Source: Planctomycetota bacterium
GTDB lineage: Bacteria > Planctomycetota > PLA2 > JAEUHO01
Assembly (NCBI GenBank): GCA_020851795.1
Contig: JADZCA010000013.1
Span: 7,428 to 71,427 of the forward strand
Direction: 5' to 3'
DNA: 64,000 bases
The notes below the pieces were generated by a model. That model was not told the origin of the DNA. It searched no databases and worked only from the letters and a program-made list of their open reading frames with translations. The position numbers and the translations under genes were made by a program. Of the stretch, positions 61,857-64,000 are shown in pieces. Each line of letters begins with the position of its first letter. Positions within the stretch are counted from its first letter, which is position 1.

Positions 61857-64000
61857 TTGAGGCGCTTGACCGTCGAGATCGTGATGTCGTCGTTCTGCGG
61901 CGTCGTCGCGTGGAACGCGTCGATGGCCGAGCCGACGAAGTTGACGAAGGCCTGCGAGTTCATCGGCGCCTTCTGCTTGATGGCGTCGTAGAGCCGCGCC
62001 TCGCCGTACTCGTCGCCCGCGTCGTCCTGGACCTTGAGCGCGCCGTCGGTGTGGAGGACGAGCCGGTCGCCCACGCCGATCTCGACGTCCACGTCGCCGA
62101 TCGCGCGGTCGAACACCGGCCCGACGTCGAGCCCGAGCGCGATGCCCTCGGGGTTGACGATCGCGGTCTTGCCGATCGCGTGCCGGTAGACGACGAGCGG
62201 GAGGTGCCCCGCGCTCGCCACCTTCGCCGTGCCGGTCGAGGTGTCGATGACGACGTAGAGCGCCGTGACGTACTGCCCCTGCGAGAGGTCGGCCGCGAGC
62301 AGACGGTTGACCTTCATCAGCAACTCGGCGGGCGAGAGCACGCCCGGCGCCTGCGCGCGGACGTAGGCACGCGCCATCGACATCACGATCGCGGCGGGGA
62401 TGCCGCGCACCGACGTGTCCATCAGGATCACGCCGAGGTGCGAGTCGTCGATGCGGAAGTAGTCGAAGTGGTCGCCGCCGATCTCGAAGCCGGGCTTGAA
62501 CAGCGTCTCGACCTCGTAGCCCGCGAGCCGCGGCGGGTTGCGCGGCATCAGCCCGTGGTGGATCTCCGCCGCGACGCCCTGCTCCTTCGACATCACGTCC
62601 TGGAGGTCCGCCATCTCGTGCTGCGAGCGGAACTTCAGGTTCGACACCATGCGCTCGACGCTGCGGGCGATCGCGTTCGCCTCCGGGCCGTGGGCGGGGA
62701 TGCGCCGCGTGGGGTCGCCCGACGACCCGAGGCGGTCGAGCTCGCGGGCGAGGTCCTTGATCGGCTTGCCGTGGCCCGACGCCACGAGCCAGCCCGCCAG
62801 CCCCACCACGATCGGGCCGAGGATCAGCGCGAGGAGCCCGAGCTTGCTCCCTCCGCCGCCGCCGGTGGCCGGCGGGTCCTCGAAGGCGAGGTACACCATC
62901 CCGAGGGCCTTCGCGCCGCCCGCGGGCGCGCCGTACACCGTCGCCGTGCGGCCGAGGACCTGCGCGGGGAACCAGCCGGTGTTGGTCTGGACCTGCGTCC
63001 ACTGGCTCGACTGCGGCAACGGCGTGCCCTTGTCGCTCTGCGCGACGACCTTCTTGGCCGGGTCGAGCCACCACACCGCGAGCAGCGTGTAGGGGGAGAC
63101 GCTCGGGGGCCGCGCGAGCGAGGCCCCGCCCGCGGCGGGCGCCGGCGTCGAGGCGTCGCCCGCGTCGAGCAGCTCGAGGATCTTGGTGAGCCGGTCGCGC
63201 TGCTCGCGCAGCGGCTTCTTCTTCTCCTCGTCGTCGGCGCGCTTGAGCGCCTCCGAGACCTGGATGAGCTGCGACTCGACGGCCTTCTTGGGCGAGCGCC
63301 CGGCGGCCGCGTCCTTGAGCACCGCGATCTCGCCGACGATGCGGCTGCGCACGTCGCCGCCGAGCGCGAGGTCCTTCACCTGCGCCTCGACGCCCGCCGC
63401 GAGCATCTCGACGGCCTTGAGCATCGGGTTGGCGCCGGCGCTCGGGCTCGGCGCGGGCGTGGCGGCGCCGCCGAGCCCGCTGCCGAACGCGATCGCCGCG
63501 TTGAGGCCCGCCGCGTGGTACGCCTCGGTGCCGTCGTCGCCGTCGCCGGCGCGCATCGACGGGACCGCGGCGAGTGCGAGGAAGGCCGCCGCGGCGACCG
63601 CGGTGAGCAGGCCGACCTTGGCGCCGACGCCCATGCCGCCCGACGGCACACCGCCGCCGCCACGGGCCCCGCCCCGGGGCGCGCGATCGTCCCGCTCGGC
63701 GCGCTCGGCGCGCGCGGCAGGCTTGCTGCTCGCGGGCGCCTTCGCCGCCGGGGCGGCCGGCGCGACGGTCGGCGGCGCGCTCGGCGCGACGACGGGGCGC
63801 GCGACCGGCGGGGCGGCGGGGGCCACCGTCGGCGGGGCCACCGGCCGCGCGACCGGCGGGGCGACCGGCGGCATCGTGGGCGGCACCACCGGCTTCGCCA
63901 CCGGCGCGACCGTGGGCGGCACGGCGGGCGCGACGGTCGGCGGGACCGCGGGCGCGACCGTCGGGGGGACGGTGGGCGGCACGACCGGGCGCGCCACCGG
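61853..64000 (-). CDS. PP2C-family (SpoIIE-like) serine phosphatase with TM/HAMP-like region and a Pro-rich repeat N-terminus; 5' end beyond the window
   Basis: GDHFDYF, ILMDTSVRGIPAAIVMS, HTDGA motifs. An upstream TM segment. The N-terminal PTVAPAVP-type repeats continue to position 64000. Confidence 0.65.
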   Translation of the reverse strand, partial: PVARPVVPPTVPPTVAPAVPPTVAPAVPPTVAPVAKPVVPPTMPPVAPPVARPVAPPTVAPAAPPVARPVVAPSAPPTVAPAAPAAKAPASSKPAARAERAERDDRAPRGGARGGGGVPSGGMGVGAKVGLLTAVAAAAFLALAAVPSMRAGDGDDGTEAYHAAGLNAAIAFGSGLGGAATPAPSPSAGANPMLKAVEMLAAGVEAQVKDLALGGDVRSRIVGEIAVLKDAAAGRSPKKAVESQLIQVSEALKRADDEEKKKPLREQRDRLTKILELLDAGDASTPAPAAGGASLARPPSVSPYTLLAVWWLDPAKKVVAQSDKGTPLPQSSQWTQVQTNTGWFPAQVLGRTATVYGAPAGGAKALGMVYLAFEDPPATGGGGGSKLGLLALILGPIVVGLAGWLVASGHGKPIKDLARELDRLGSSGDPTRRIPAHGPEANAIARSVERMVSNLKFRSQHEMADLQDVMSKEQGVAAEIHHGLMPRNPPRLAGYEVETLFKPGFEIGGDHFDYFRIDDSHLGVILMDTSVRGIPAAIVMSMARAYVRAQAPGVLSPAELLMKVNRLLAADLSQGQYVTALYVVIDTSTGTAKVASAGHLPLVVYRHAIGKTAIVNPEGIALGLDVGPVFDRAIGDVDVEIGVGDRLVLHTDGALKVQDDAGDEYGEARLYDAIKQKAPMNSQAFVNFVGSAIDAFHATTPQNDDITISTVKRLK
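63760..64000 (-). repeat. coding tandem repeat (about 24-nt period, Pro/Thr/Val/Ala octapeptide units)
   Basis: ggcgggaccgcgggcgcgaccgtcgg-type units repeated at least 8 times. Confidence 0.4.

Overview
This 64 kb window is very GC-rich (about 70%+ by eye) and densely coding, from an unidentified bacterium. The gene content suggests a myxobacterium-like or other high-GC Gram-negative organism, but that is inference only. I can support about 45 protein-coding genes. Most long six-frame ORFs are antisense or alternative-frame artefacts of the GC bias; I kept only frames with recognisable motifs, signal peptides or transmembrane segments, or typical start/stop coupling. I found no rRNA, tRNA or CRISPR array.

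Main contents:
- Two-component system at 5262-9064 (-): an NtrC-type sigma-54 activator plus a 7TM-sensor histidine kinase.
- SET-domain protein (10787-11344, +) whose stop overlaps the start (ATGA) of a 1336-aa single-module NRPS-like enzyme (11341-15351, +). That enzyme has the A-T-(TM pair / hexapeptide domain) x3 layout of epsilon-poly-L-lysine synthetase (Pls).
- Two multihaem cytochromes c: a NapC/NirT type at 17272-18720 and an octahaem cytochrome fused to HEAT repeats at 43343-45256.
- Housekeeping genes: msrA, trxA, fhs, plsC, a HIT protein, an RNase HII-like protein, an acetyl-CoA hydrolase/transferase, an aldo/keto reductase and MiaE.
- A ~15 kb, 10-gene minus-strand operon (25777-43138) of the MoxR / DUF58 / BatA / BatB 'aerotolerance-like' type, with an FHA-MoxR fusion and almost every junction overlapping by 1-4 nt.
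- A small DUF2780 / TM-anchored toxin-like / immunity-like gene set at 51344-52745 (-).
- A HerA/DUF87-like ATPase at 48703-51177.
- A Cys-rich DUF11-repeat lipoprotein at 58900-61227.
- A PP2C phosphatase with proline-rich tandem repeats that runs off the window end, coupled to a MazG-like gene.

Non-coding highlights:
- A family of ~120-160 bp MITE/REP-like intergenic repeats: four copies plus one fragment.
- Several perfect GC palindromes or hairpins sited as terminators.
- Candidate operator palindromes built from TGCAA/TTGCA half-sites.

Many coordinates were taken from the ORF track frames. Start codons are the least certain part.
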